In this document: positions 36,827-48,220 of the stretch, piece by piece
Numbering within the stretch: the first letter of the stretch is position 1
How the letters are laid out: each line of letters opens with the position of its first letter
Assembly (NCBI GenBank): GCA_000708835.1
Contig: DF237053.1
Location: 124,001 to 188,000 of the forward strand
From: Klebsormidium nitens
Taxonomy: Eukaryota > Plantae > Klebsormidiophyceae
Direction: 5' to 3'
DNA: 64,000 nt
Notes under the pieces: model-generated
The model's database searches: none
The model's input: the letters and a program-made list of their open reading frames with translations, nothing else
What the model was told of the DNA's origin: nothing
Program-made: the position numbers and the translations under genes

Positions 36827-39800
36827 TCACCTTTTCGGTGCGTTTTGTGGGTTACTAGATTGGCTTCCCGCGCTGGCACCACTCCCGTGCCCACTCGCCT
36901 TTTCTTCGACAAAAGCCCCCAGCTTCTTCAACCCCGTTCCCACGTTCCCGGCAAACCGTTTCCCCATTGCAAGCGCCTTGTCAGCCGCCGTAGATTCGGG
37001 GGGGTGGTTTCCGCTTGCTCCTGCACCCCCCGTTTCCTTGCCATAAGGTCCATGCACTTGGTCATATGATACATAGCCGGGGGGAGGGGGCGGAGCCACG
37101 AGCCCGGGCCCCAGACCCCCCTGATTCGAAGCCGGAGGACTCGCATAAGGAGGTGGCTGGCTTTTATAAGCAGACGACGAGCTCCCATAAGGCTGGCTTT
37201 GATAAGCTGGCTGCGGACTTGCATAGGCCGGCGGGCTGGGGCCTTCGAAGCCTGGTCTAGGAGGAGGCGCGGCATAAGCGCTCTGAACTGGATAACCCAT
37301 CTGAACCGGGGGGCTATGACTCGGGGGGAAAGCGTATCCTGGAGGGGGGGCAGGTCGAACCATGTCCGCAATTGGGGGGGGAGGAGCGGTCTGCGGGTAA
37401 CCCTGGTTGTAACCCGGGGGGGCGGACTGAATCATTTGAGGCCTTTGCTGGGGGAAGAATAGGCGCCCGATGATTGTTTGGGGGGTGCTGTTTGGCCGGC
37501 CGTTTGGGGGGGGCCTGTTGCTTAGGAGGGGGGCGCGGCGGCAGCATTCCAGTAGGAGACTGAGGACGATCATAAACAGGCTGGCGATGACGTAGACTAG
37601 GAGCAGAGCTGCGCAGATGGCGGCGGCTCTCGGGAGGTAGTGACCTTTGACGGGGGACTCGCCCTGCAAAAAGCGAAGCTTATCGGGTTGACTTGCATGC
37701 TAAGCCTTTCGACCGTGCAGAGGGTTTTTGGAAGAGTTTCCTGCGCATTGAAGCATTTGCAATTTTCTGAGGCAGCATCCGGAGGACCTGAGACCTGACA
37801 AGCCGCCTACGACTTTTGAGGCAAGTGCACAACTATGCGCTGCGATACTCAAGGGGTTTGGCTGCGCCTCTGAAAATCGATATCTCAGAAGTTTCCCCAG
37901 CGGAAACGCTTCTTGTCCTTTCACAGGAGCAAGTAACACAACAAGTCGAAACAGGCATCAACAAGTACCGAACACAATACGACATGTCGGGAGCGTAGAC
38001 GGCTGCAATATTTCTGACACCCGGAGGCAACTCGATCACACAAAAGAATCTTTTTGTCCACGGGCATGTATTGCTCCTGAAACATAATCGAGGGGTGAAA
38101 GCAACAATCAGAGCTACCTGATTCACTAAGCAACAAAAGAGCACCCTGGAGACGAGATGAAACTCAAGAAAGATATAGTAAGCCAGAATAATAAGCTCCG
38201 ACAAAGACTTAAAACCCCAACCCAAAAAGATACCTGCTCCGCACCCCTACCCACCCTAACCACCAAACTAACCCTACCCGTCTCAGTGCAGTCAACTTCT
38301 TATTATCTCGGCGTATCATTCATTTAGTGAGTTCGATGGAGACGAGTACTTACGCAGTGGGCAGATGCAAAAGCTTGGAACCCAGCAATCGCCCAGGCAA
38401 ATCCTCCAATGAAGAAGAGAACGAAGAAGGCTACCCAGGGGTCGTTCCAGAACACGTGGCAGGCTCTGCAGAGGGGCAACGTCTCAGTACCAGAATATAC
38501 TTTTCCACAGCAACGAGACTAGCAGAATCATTGGTCTCGTACAAACGTCCTATGCCTATGGGGCTCAGCAAAAGATAGTCATCTCGGTCTGCAAGCAATT
38601 GTTGCGATGGTCGCAAGATCTTTGTGTCTCGAAGTTCAATACGTTGGATCAGGATCAGTCAGAGGACCACAGTCAACTGAAATTTTAAGGCCCCAGACAA
38701 TTTGAGCTTAGTGTCCCTGACCAAGTGTAAAGTCGACTGACTTTGAGATTGGCATAGCTGAGATTGATAAGAATTTGAGGCTCTTTGACACAAATCAAGG
38801 CATCAGGACCAGTTGCTACCATGTGCCTCAAGAACCTTGAAGCGCTCAGTAACTTGTGAAGCTGCTGAGATAAAGCCCCTGTGGAGTGGCTTGATTTGTT
38901 GCAGAAATTCGACAGATAATGTAAAGTGACAAGTAATCAAGCCTTCTACAGTAAATTGACATGACCGATTGTTTGAAGGGTGACAGCCTCCAAATCAATT
39001 TCAAAAGGCACCATAACCACCTCATTACAGAAGCTCCCAGCTAGGCCTCCCCTTCGTAAGCTTGTACTCGGTTCACCCACCTTGCCATAGGCCCTGCATC
39101 TGCTTCCACCCTTGCATCGTAGGGCCGGGAGAAGTACGTGTATATGTGGACTGCAAACCCGACGAAAAACAGGTTGATCGCCGCAGTGACGTAGAAGAAG
39201 GCGGGGACATATGTGTCGCAGTGGTTGTGGATGTTAAGCAGCCCCAGAACGATGAAGACGACCCCAGGGATTGCGTTCATTAGGACGGTGAACCCCAAGA
39301 ATAGAGGGGACGGCCTGGAAAAGGAAGAGGAGTTTTGCATTGGGGCGGGGGGGGGGGTATCAAGCACCGAATAGTTGCTCAGAAGTGTCACCCTTGAACC
39401 TCCGTTACTTCGAGCTAACCTCTGAGAACTGAGGAACCCCAGGAACATTGGAACCATGACACTTCTTGGGTTGCGCTCATGCTCCTTAAGCAGCACACGC
39501 CAAGAGAAGCAAACTTGAACGGGACAGTGTGGCGAGCATGTATGTTCCCCAACATTGAAGGAAAGTTTCTTGTCTCAGCTCCTTGCGATAGCTGCTATGA
39601 TCCTCAAGGGACATGCTTTGCAGAGTCAGTCCTTGCCAGCAGCTTATGATCCTCGAATGGAATATGCTTTGAACAACCAGTCCTGCCACCATCTTATGGT
39701 GCTAATATAGAACATGCTTTGCACAATCAGTCCTGCCACCACCTTATGGTGCTAATATAGAACATGCTTTGCACAATCAGTCCTGCCACCAGCTCATGAT

Positions 39801-40305
39801 GCTGATAGAAGTTTGACTAGTCCTGCCACCAGCTCATGATGCGAATAGAGCTCTGACGAGTCCTGCCACCAGCTTATGAACCAATTAGACCTTTGATAAG
39901 TACAACCACCAGCTTATGATCCTGATAGACCTTGATAAGTCCGGCCACCAGCTTATGATCCTGATAGACCTTGATAAGTCCGGCCACCAGCTTATGATCC
40001 TAATTGACCTTTGATAAGTCCAGCCACCAGCTTATGATCCTAATAGACCTTGGATCAGTCCTGCCACCAGCTTATCATCCTGACAGACCTTTAATAAGTC
40101 CCGCCACCAGCTTAATATGATAAAAGACCTTCAGATTGAGGATCTGCAGCTGTGGAAGGGGCGCTGACTAGGCTCACCTGTCCTCCGGGCAGCAGCAACC
40201 CCCGCATGTCAGGCACTCCTCGCAGCACCTCCCGCAACCCGCACACAGAGCGCCCCAACACTTTGCATTGCAGGGGGCGCAGACAACTTTGGCCACATAG
40301 TACAT
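36827..40305 (-). CDS. Four-TM membrane protein with Cys-rich N-terminus and Pro/Tyr-rich C-terminal tail
   Basis: Phase-compatible exons 40305-40178 (MYYVAKVVCAPCNAKCWGALCAGCGRCCEECLTCGGCCCPEDR), 39314-39081, about 38466-38353 and about 37666-36827. Four hydrophobic segments; tail with PPGY/PPAY/PPPY repeats. Confidence 0.75.
39590..40125. repeat. Intronic minisatellite, about 13 units of 39-48 bp (core gtcctgccaccagcttatgat)
   Basis: Core repeated head-to-tail with mutually related linkers, inside intron 1 of the 36827-40305 gene. Confidence 0.9.
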
Positions 40306-41987
40306 GGCAGCGCCTCAGCCTCGATCAAGTAGAGTGGATGACTCGTGCGGTGTCAAGAGAGGACAAGCCTCTCGACCTCGATCCAAGACTGATAGTGGAG
40401 AAATCCCGCGAGTGACAAGATAGGATGAACTTGAAAGTGCGGGACGTTTTTTGAAACCCTAATTTGCCCTGTGGGCCCTCTGATGGACGCGTAGACGAGG
40501 TCAGCAACGGATTGACTGAATGAGGTCCTTATTCACTGCAGTAGAGGAGTAATTGTGTCAGCGCCACCTTCCGAAGCAGCGGATTCCATCAGGGTTCACT
40601 TTTGTCATGAGCACTGTCACTTCCCAAGCTACCCTTGTGTCCTACGGTTGGCAGGAAGATGCTTTGCAGAAAGCTGCTTGCTGCACATTCCTGCCATGCT
40701 AGACTTGTAGTGCCAGCAACACGGATCCAGCAACACTTGTCAACAGAACCATGCGGCAGCGCAATGCGCATGAGCGCCCTTCCCCACAGAGACTGCCACT
40801 TGAGTCCAGATTCCAGGCAGCTAGTCTTCCAATATCATTGTCGCAAACAGGTCAAAGAACGGAGTTGTAAAAGTGTTCACATGCTACTTTTACGCACCAG
40901 GTGCGTCAGCATTTTTGAGCCAATTTGACATCCCGGGCACTATGCTTTCCGCGGTGACGACCTACAACGTTGTGGTTAAGGGCTAGGTACGACAGGCCTA
41001 GGTGGTTTATGAGGGTCAGCTCGATCACGGGTTAAATCTTCCGAGCTGATATGGGTATACCAGTACTGAGCTTCGGCCTGGGGCTGGCCCGTGCTGTTGC
41101 TTCAACTTGCTTGTTCAGACCCCGGTTTGGTACCTAGTTGACTTGAGAAAAGGTTACGGTTTCGGTCATGTAGGAATGGCCAAGGCTGGCTGTTGTAGAT
41201 AGGTAGTTAGTCTCTGCCCGGTAGAGAAAAGGAGTAGCATGGATCGCTCGGTACTTTTGTAAGGTGTGTCGGGTGACGCCCTACCACACGCGCGACGACG
41301 GGATCGTCGGATCAATCGGGCGGCTGAGAGCAATGGCCTAGGTAACACTCGGCCGGTAACACTTTTACAACTCCGTTCTATGTACTACTTGCATCATTGT
41401 CGTCTCCCCGAGTCCAGGCATGGCATTAGCCTGGTGTATTCTGGGCACCAAAAAAGTGGCCGTTTCCCAAGCATCGTTTTCATCTTGCCGTCAAAACTTC
41501 TCAGCTTTGAGCATCGGACGATTCAGAAGCCCTCCCCAGCTTCCACCTTGGCCACGTAATAAAAATTGCCGCCAATTGACGATCCCCAATTGCTCCAAGC
41601 TGGACAATCATGGACTTCTTCAGGGCCAGATTCAAGCAGACAGAGAGGAGGGAAACGCATTCGCGAGCGCTTTGAATTCAGCTAGCTGCGCCTCTGCATG
41701 CAGATGCTTCTTTAAAGCTGACGCCCGGGGGTGCCATAGCGCTGAGGAGCAAAGGAACGGGTTGGTTCTATTGCTGAGAGCACTGGCAGTGGCGGAGATT
41801 TTGGGAGGAAAAAGTAGTTGCTTGAAGCAGAGAGAGCCCCTTTGTTGCTTTGTTCAAGCAGGCGGCGTGGATTCAAGAAGAAAGCGGCCTCTGGCTGCGG
41901 ATGCCGGATGGTGTGGGAAGCGGGGGGGTGTAAGATGAGGTGACAGGGGTTTGGCTGGCCGGCAGCCTCGAGGGGAGGAGGGGAGGA

Positions 41988-44900
41988 ATGGCGGTGACCG
42001 CTGTCCAGGCTGCGGCTGGCACATTACCATCGAGCACCGTGAGATTCGACGAGTGCTGCTCGCTCCTCAGCAGTCTGCCGGGGCCACATTTGCAAGGGAG
42101 CTTCACTGCAGCCATCGGATCTGGTTTGGCGCCATCTGAGGGTCCAGATTCCAGATGGAGGCTAAGGTGGCGGGAGCGGATCGGGGGGTACCTGGAGAGA
42201 AGACCCGTGCGGAGCCCTGTTTCGTGCTCCGCAGATCGGCAATGGGGGGCAGCAGTGGGCGAGAGCTTGTATCAATCGAGCCTGATTCTACCCAATGCCG
42301 GCACGCTCACTTTGGCAGTACCTCAGGTAGAGTGCCTGGAGGTCACGGGGGGCCACGCTTTAGAAGGCCGGGTACGCATCAGCGGGGCCAAGAACTCGGC
42401 TCTTGCAGTTCTTGCTGGCGCTCTCTGCTGCGAAGAACCGGTCGTGCTTCGCATGGTCCCAGATCTGCACGACATCAAGCGGATGAAGCAGGTGCTAGAA
42501 TCTGTAGGAGCGACGGTCAAGCGCGGTCACGACGGCTCCGATAGTTGCGTCCTGGTGGACGCATCAGAACTGACGTCCGTGGAGCCGTGTCCGGACGTGG
42601 TCCGGAAACTGAGAGCGAGCTTCTTTGTGCTGGGGCCATTGCTGGCGAGGATGGGAAAGGCGGTTGTGCCGCTCCCGGGGGGGTGCAACATCGGCGCGAG
42701 GCCGATTGACTTGCACACGAATGGGTTGAGGGCGCTGGGGGCGGAAGTCGAGCGGAAGTGAGCATTTTCCCCTGAAAAGGTGCTGTGTGTCTAGTCAGAG
42801 GCATTGTCACCAATTGCGCACAATTTGAATGCGTGGCAGGTGAAAATTTGAAGTCTTGTTTGTTCAGCCAGATCTAGGAGGATTCACGCTGAAACGTCCA
42901 GAGCAGTACAAGCGATGAAGAGAGCAGGACAAGCAAAATGAACAATTGGAAATGCAGAATTCTCTCTCATCCAAGGTGCGACCTTGCTTCCGCTGACTCG
43001 AGTGTACAAATGCAGGCATGGGAAGATTTACGCGTACGCCAAGAACGGGCGGCGATTGGTGGGAGGCCATGTGCATATGGACTTTCCCAGCGTGGGCGCC
43101 ACAGAGACGATCATCATGGGGGCCGTTTTAGCAGACGGGGATACAACCATCACAAACTGCGCGCAGGTAGGAATGTAATCTGCTCAAGCAATGTCATGAG
43201 GATCTCGAGTAAATTCAGGTGGTTGCAATCCCAGCAGGTTCGCGAGGCTTGTGCAGTAAGCCTGGGAAAACGACCAGCAGTCATACATTGCATCTGACAA
43301 AGCGCCCCTTGTCTGCTTGTTCAACGGTCTGGACAAGCTACCCTTCAGCCGCACCCTCTGCGGAACTGAAAGAGCAGCGGTTTTGTTCAAAGAGGAGAAC
43401 TAGATGCAGAGTGAAACGAAGGGAGGGCTTAACTCAACCCTCAACTCTCAAGTATTAAGGGGAAGTGTGAGGCGGAAGGGGTCTCAGATTCCGCTGACCT
43501 CTGGAGCGGCTCATTATAAAGGGACCAATTATATGGAAGAGATACGTCCAGTGGTCTGCCTCCTTATGGTAGGAATCAGCATCAGTGGGACCAAGCAGGC
43601 TGTTCTTTTCAATTTAGTCATACCTGCCCGAATCTATCACGCTGTCTTCCACTGTCTGCTGTAGTCACCCAAGTTTTAGAGCGGAGTGCCAAAGACAGTT
43701 GTCTTCCCATCGGTCCCTTCTCAGATACTTCCTCTTCAACTTTCTACCTTAATGACCCATGTTTTTGTTGTGACGCCCTCACGCACTTTAGCTGACTGCA
43801 CCCCCTGCTCGATAATTCGTCATCCATACGCAGAAGACCAGGTCCTAAGCTTCCTCTCCGTCATATCTTTGCTCATTGTGGTGTTGGCCAGGGTCACCCA
43901 GTAGCTTATGCTTCCCCCCATCTCCTACACCCATAGCTTATCCCCAGTGCCCCATCTCCTATGCCAGGAGCCCGAGGTCCGGGACCTCGCCGACTTCCTC
44001 AACGCGTGCGGCGCTCGCATCCGCTTCGCCTCCAACAACACCATCTGCATACAAGGCGTGAAACGCCTGCACTCCGCCGAGTTCACCGTCATTCCGGACC
44101 GAATCGAGGCGGGCACTTTCCTCACCGCGGCTGCGATCACGCGCTCGACGATCTCGATGTCCCCCGTCTATCCCACGCACCTTGCGGCGGTCATCAGTAA
44201 ACTGCAGGCGATCGGGTGCCGCATCGGGCCCGACATGGAGCTCGGACCGCATAGTGTCAAGGTGAGTGTTCTGTTTCTGCTCTTTTTCCCCTCACTTCAT
44301 TCCTAAACTGGAAGCGACCTTTTGCACTAACGGAGAGCTTAGTGTTATGCCCTGGTTTTGCAACGTCTCCAAGCCGCTTGTTCATATCCAATGTCAGCTG
44401 GAGTCTACTGACGCCAGTGTTCGACGTAACTTTAGAAAGTCAGTTGAAAGGGACCGTAACGTGAACACCTCTGGAAATGAGATTTTTGTAGAGCCTTGTT
44501 GCAGAGCCTGAGCTTGGGAGCTGACGGATTGCAAGGATATGTGGTACTTTTTTTGGGTGGTGCTGACATCAGACTACCGAAGCTTCCCCAACAACCTTGT
44601 CTTGCTTTTGCATTAGATCGAGCCTGCCGGTGGCGAACCGCCTCACAAGTGGAGCTTGATTCCCTCTCGACCTTATATCCAACTGGTCAAATATGTTTCT
44701 AATCTATCAAGCAGCTCATTAGCCAGCTGTTCAACTGAATTTCCCCCCCCTCGTTTTGCCAGATTGAGTGCCCCCCCAACCTGCGGAGCTCAGAGATCAA
44801 CACGCTGCCCTTCCCCGGCTTCCCCACCGACATGCAGCCCCAATTAATGGCCCTACTAACTACATGTTCTGGGACCAGTCATATCACCGAAAATGTGTTT

Positions 44901-46400
44901 GAGAGCAGAATGCGCCATGGTGAGAATTCCCCATATCTTCTTTTTCTGCTTCGGATTGAAGATCTTTGTACTCTGGCTCTGAAGTTGACATCAAAGCAAT
45001 TATTTTGGCCAGCAAACACGACGGGAATAGGGCTTGGGCTCTTGTTGTTGGCATCTCTTAGTAGCTAAAACATTTGTTGTCGGTGCCTGAGTTTGCAAGG
45101 TGCACAGAAGAGTGAATTGGAGGATTTCGCAAACGAAGATTGGATACGTTGCAGGATTTGAGCATGTTGGCACCGGCACCCTTTGAGTGGCGATCAAAGA
45201 AGGCTTCTCAAGTGGGACGTTTCGAGTGCAGTCGTCCTTTTGCAGAGCAGGAAACAATGTCCTGTTGTGCATTTCCAATTTGCAGAAACCAGGCAGGCGG
45301 CCAACTTGATGAGGTGACCGCTTGTGGCTTGGACTACTGCAATTGCACAAAGGAAAGGAAGATTCGGAAAACAGGAGCTACGTTTCCTTTCTAAATGCAG
45401 CGGAGGAGCTGCAAAAGCTGGGCGCAAAGATCATCGTCAAAGGAAAGGAGGCCCGGGTGTACGGCCAGGATGGCGGAAGGTGAGGCTAGACACGTGGCAG
45501 GCTGTGCAAGGACTTGCCTGGACTTTTGTGCTGCATCATATTTTGGGCGAAGAGCAAGAGCAAGAGAAATCTCAAGGAGGGCGTTGGAGGACGGTAAAAT
45601 ACCAGGCGACCAGCTTAGCTCCCCGCGGGGCTAGCTTGGTCGCCGAAGCCAATTCACACTGTGAAATGTGGGCCGCATGACGAAGTTTCTGTCTCAGACC
45701 TCGGACCATTGCCCCTTGTCGAACGGACGCTTTTTTCAGATCCCGTGACTAGTCCAACGTTTGACAATTGAGCTCGCTGTCTGTCACCGACGTCCGACCC
45801 ATGGACAGCCCTGACGTTCTAAGCTCGACTTTTGCAGCTCGCTGTACGGTGTGGAGGTCGAGGCGACAGACTTGCGCGCGGGCGCGGCGCTCGTGCTGGC
45901 GGGGCTGGCGGCCGAGGGGCGGACGCACATACAGGTGGGTCATCGATGGGTTTTCATTGGGTTATTGGTAGGTTACTGGTTGTCTTCATCGGTTGGTTAC
46001 GGGTGAGTGATTTGGTGGATGATTGGCTTTGAAATACGGTTCCAAGTGCTGAAAATGTAGCCACACGGATTCGAGGGAGTATTCTAGGCCGTCCAGTCTT
46101 GTCGCACCGCACTTGAGGCAGGGTACAAAAATCTCTATCTCGCAACTAATCTAGACTGCTTGGCGGGCAAGCAATTGTGGAACGCACTTCACTTGTGCAT
46201 CGCCGGTTCTGTGCGCCTAAGCCAAAGCCCCAGAGTAACGTCAATTTTTCCGAAAAAACTGAAACGCCTAAGCTTTTCTACAGGGTCTCCACCACGTGGA
46301 TCGCGGCTATGAGCAGTTTGATAAGAAGCTGCGCGGGCTTGGGGCGCACATCCGGCGCCTCCCGTGCACGCCGGTCGAGCTGCAGGACGTCCTGGTCTAG
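41988..46400 (+). CDS. murA: UDP-N-acetylglucosamine enolpyruvyl transferase (plastid peptidoglycan synthesis), 7 exons
   Basis: About 95-aa transit-like N-terminus, then [47 protein letters not shown] (catalytic Cys kept), [71 protein letters not shown]; TAG at 46400. Confidence 0.97.
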
Positions 46401-48220
46401 GCGGCGGGTTAGCGCACGGGTTTGGGCGTGGTTCCGGGGGGTTTGGGCGAGGGTTTCGGGGGTTTTGGTCGGTTGGGGCGGTTGTTTAAGCGGGTTCTGT
46501 GAGACATCGTCGAGGTTGGCGGCCGGGTCGAGCGGGAACCAAGGGAGGGTCGGGCGAGGTTGAGCAACCGCGGGGGGAGGTTAGTGTGAGGGTTTGGCGG
46601 AAGATTCTGGCCTCGGTGTGCTGTGTACTTCAGTGCAGGTTTGGGCTAGGTGTGAGCCATAGTCTGAGCAAGGGCCGTGGGCAGAAGGTGTGGGGATGTG
46701 GGGCGAGGGAGTTTGGGCGGAGTGGTCAAGAACGATTGTCGATGGTGGTCTTGCTTTGGTTTGGGAGGGGGGAGACGTGTGCGCGTGAACAAGCAGGGGC
46801 GACGAGAGGGCGCATTGCTTTTGGAGGGCCGCAGAGAGCGATGAGAAGCAGAGGTCTGGCATGCGGACTTAGGCGGAATAAAGGGTAGGGACTGCTAGGA
46901 GTTGTTTCCACCGTGCAATCCGTTTCCCCGGTGGGATCCTCGCACCCCTCCAATAAAAGTTGCAAGGCACCATCACATCGGGCGCAAGTCTGGGGTGCCG
47001 TCAGCTCGGCAGCTAAAGCGTAGCTGTAGCTTTTCTCTTTGCTGGTTCGCAGCGGGAAGGATCACCCGTCGCTGGTTGGTGCGACCTTTGGAGCTTTTTC
47101 GTGTCTGAGCTCTCGAGTTCCAATGACTGGCACATGCGGAGCAGCATTATGCTGCTTTCGAATGCTCTTTGCTCGTTTTACCTAGGTACAAGCGGTCTTT
47201 GTCTTTAGCAGAGGTTGTAGCGAGTAGCATCGACTTTACTTCTTTTTTTGTGCTTTCGACTTAAATTTACTTTCATTGACATACAAAACATCGTTGAGGA
47301 GATATCACTCCGGCTTGCTTTCACTCCACCTGAAAGCTTGGAACTTGTGCTGGAGCGCGGTGCCTTGCTGCAAATAAACGTACTCGGCTATTTGTTACCT
47401 CGAATGTAAGCTGCAATGGAGAAGAAACAACGATTCAACATGCATACAGCAGCTTTTGAATAGTCAACAAGCAAGCATCGCATTCGTTGTCATGCAATCG
47501 CAACTCACGGACTCGTATAAGTGTTGGCATGGATCTGGATCCATGCCAAACTTCACATAAACTTTGCATATTCTATCACAGAGTGCCGCCATGCAAAGTG
47601 CCTGCACATGTAAATTGACATCGCGGTCGGATGGGAATGCAATATTCCAGATCCGACCTAGGGGGCGCATAAATGAATATAAGCTTTTAGACAGTGCCGC
47701 TAATTGCAATAGTTGACCACATGCGTCACTGCATATCCATGGGCTCAGCTTCCTGCGTCAAACATTCATATATGAGCCGCAATTGATATGGCATATGCCG
47801 ACGTCGTCAACATGAAGATGCAATCTTGCCTTGAATCTTATGCAATTTATGGCCTCTCAAGCTGGGGCACATGCACCAACCACGTTCTAGAATCGATCAA
47901 AGGTGTACCGAAAATACCAGGTAACAGGTCTACAACAGATTGCCACTCCTGCCCACGCTTTGGGAAAGGGTTGGTTCCCGGACTTGCTAAACCGTTCAAA
48001 GGATTCTGGTCGCCACCGTTTCTGCTCCTAAATCTCTAGGCTTGTTTGCAAGCTGACGCCCCTGCTAAGTGCGCCCTCGAGGACCTCTCATGCGGGTCCC
48101 CGATCTCCCCTCGGCCGAAGAATGAATGTTAATTGCAGAACGTAATTGGACTGGCCTACTCTCTTAACTTGACATGTGTCCGCACGTTATATGTAATGCA
48201 CGTGTGCTGCCAGCGGTAAC

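Noticed and set aside
39590-40125. Repeat-and-linker pattern resembling a CRISPR array
   Set aside because: The linkers are related to each other rather than unique, no cas genes are present, and it lies in a spliceosomal intron.
33628-46400. PAL and MurA as a co-transferred bacterial cluster
   Set aside because: They are separated by an unrelated eukaryotic gene, both contain introns, and they share no pathway.
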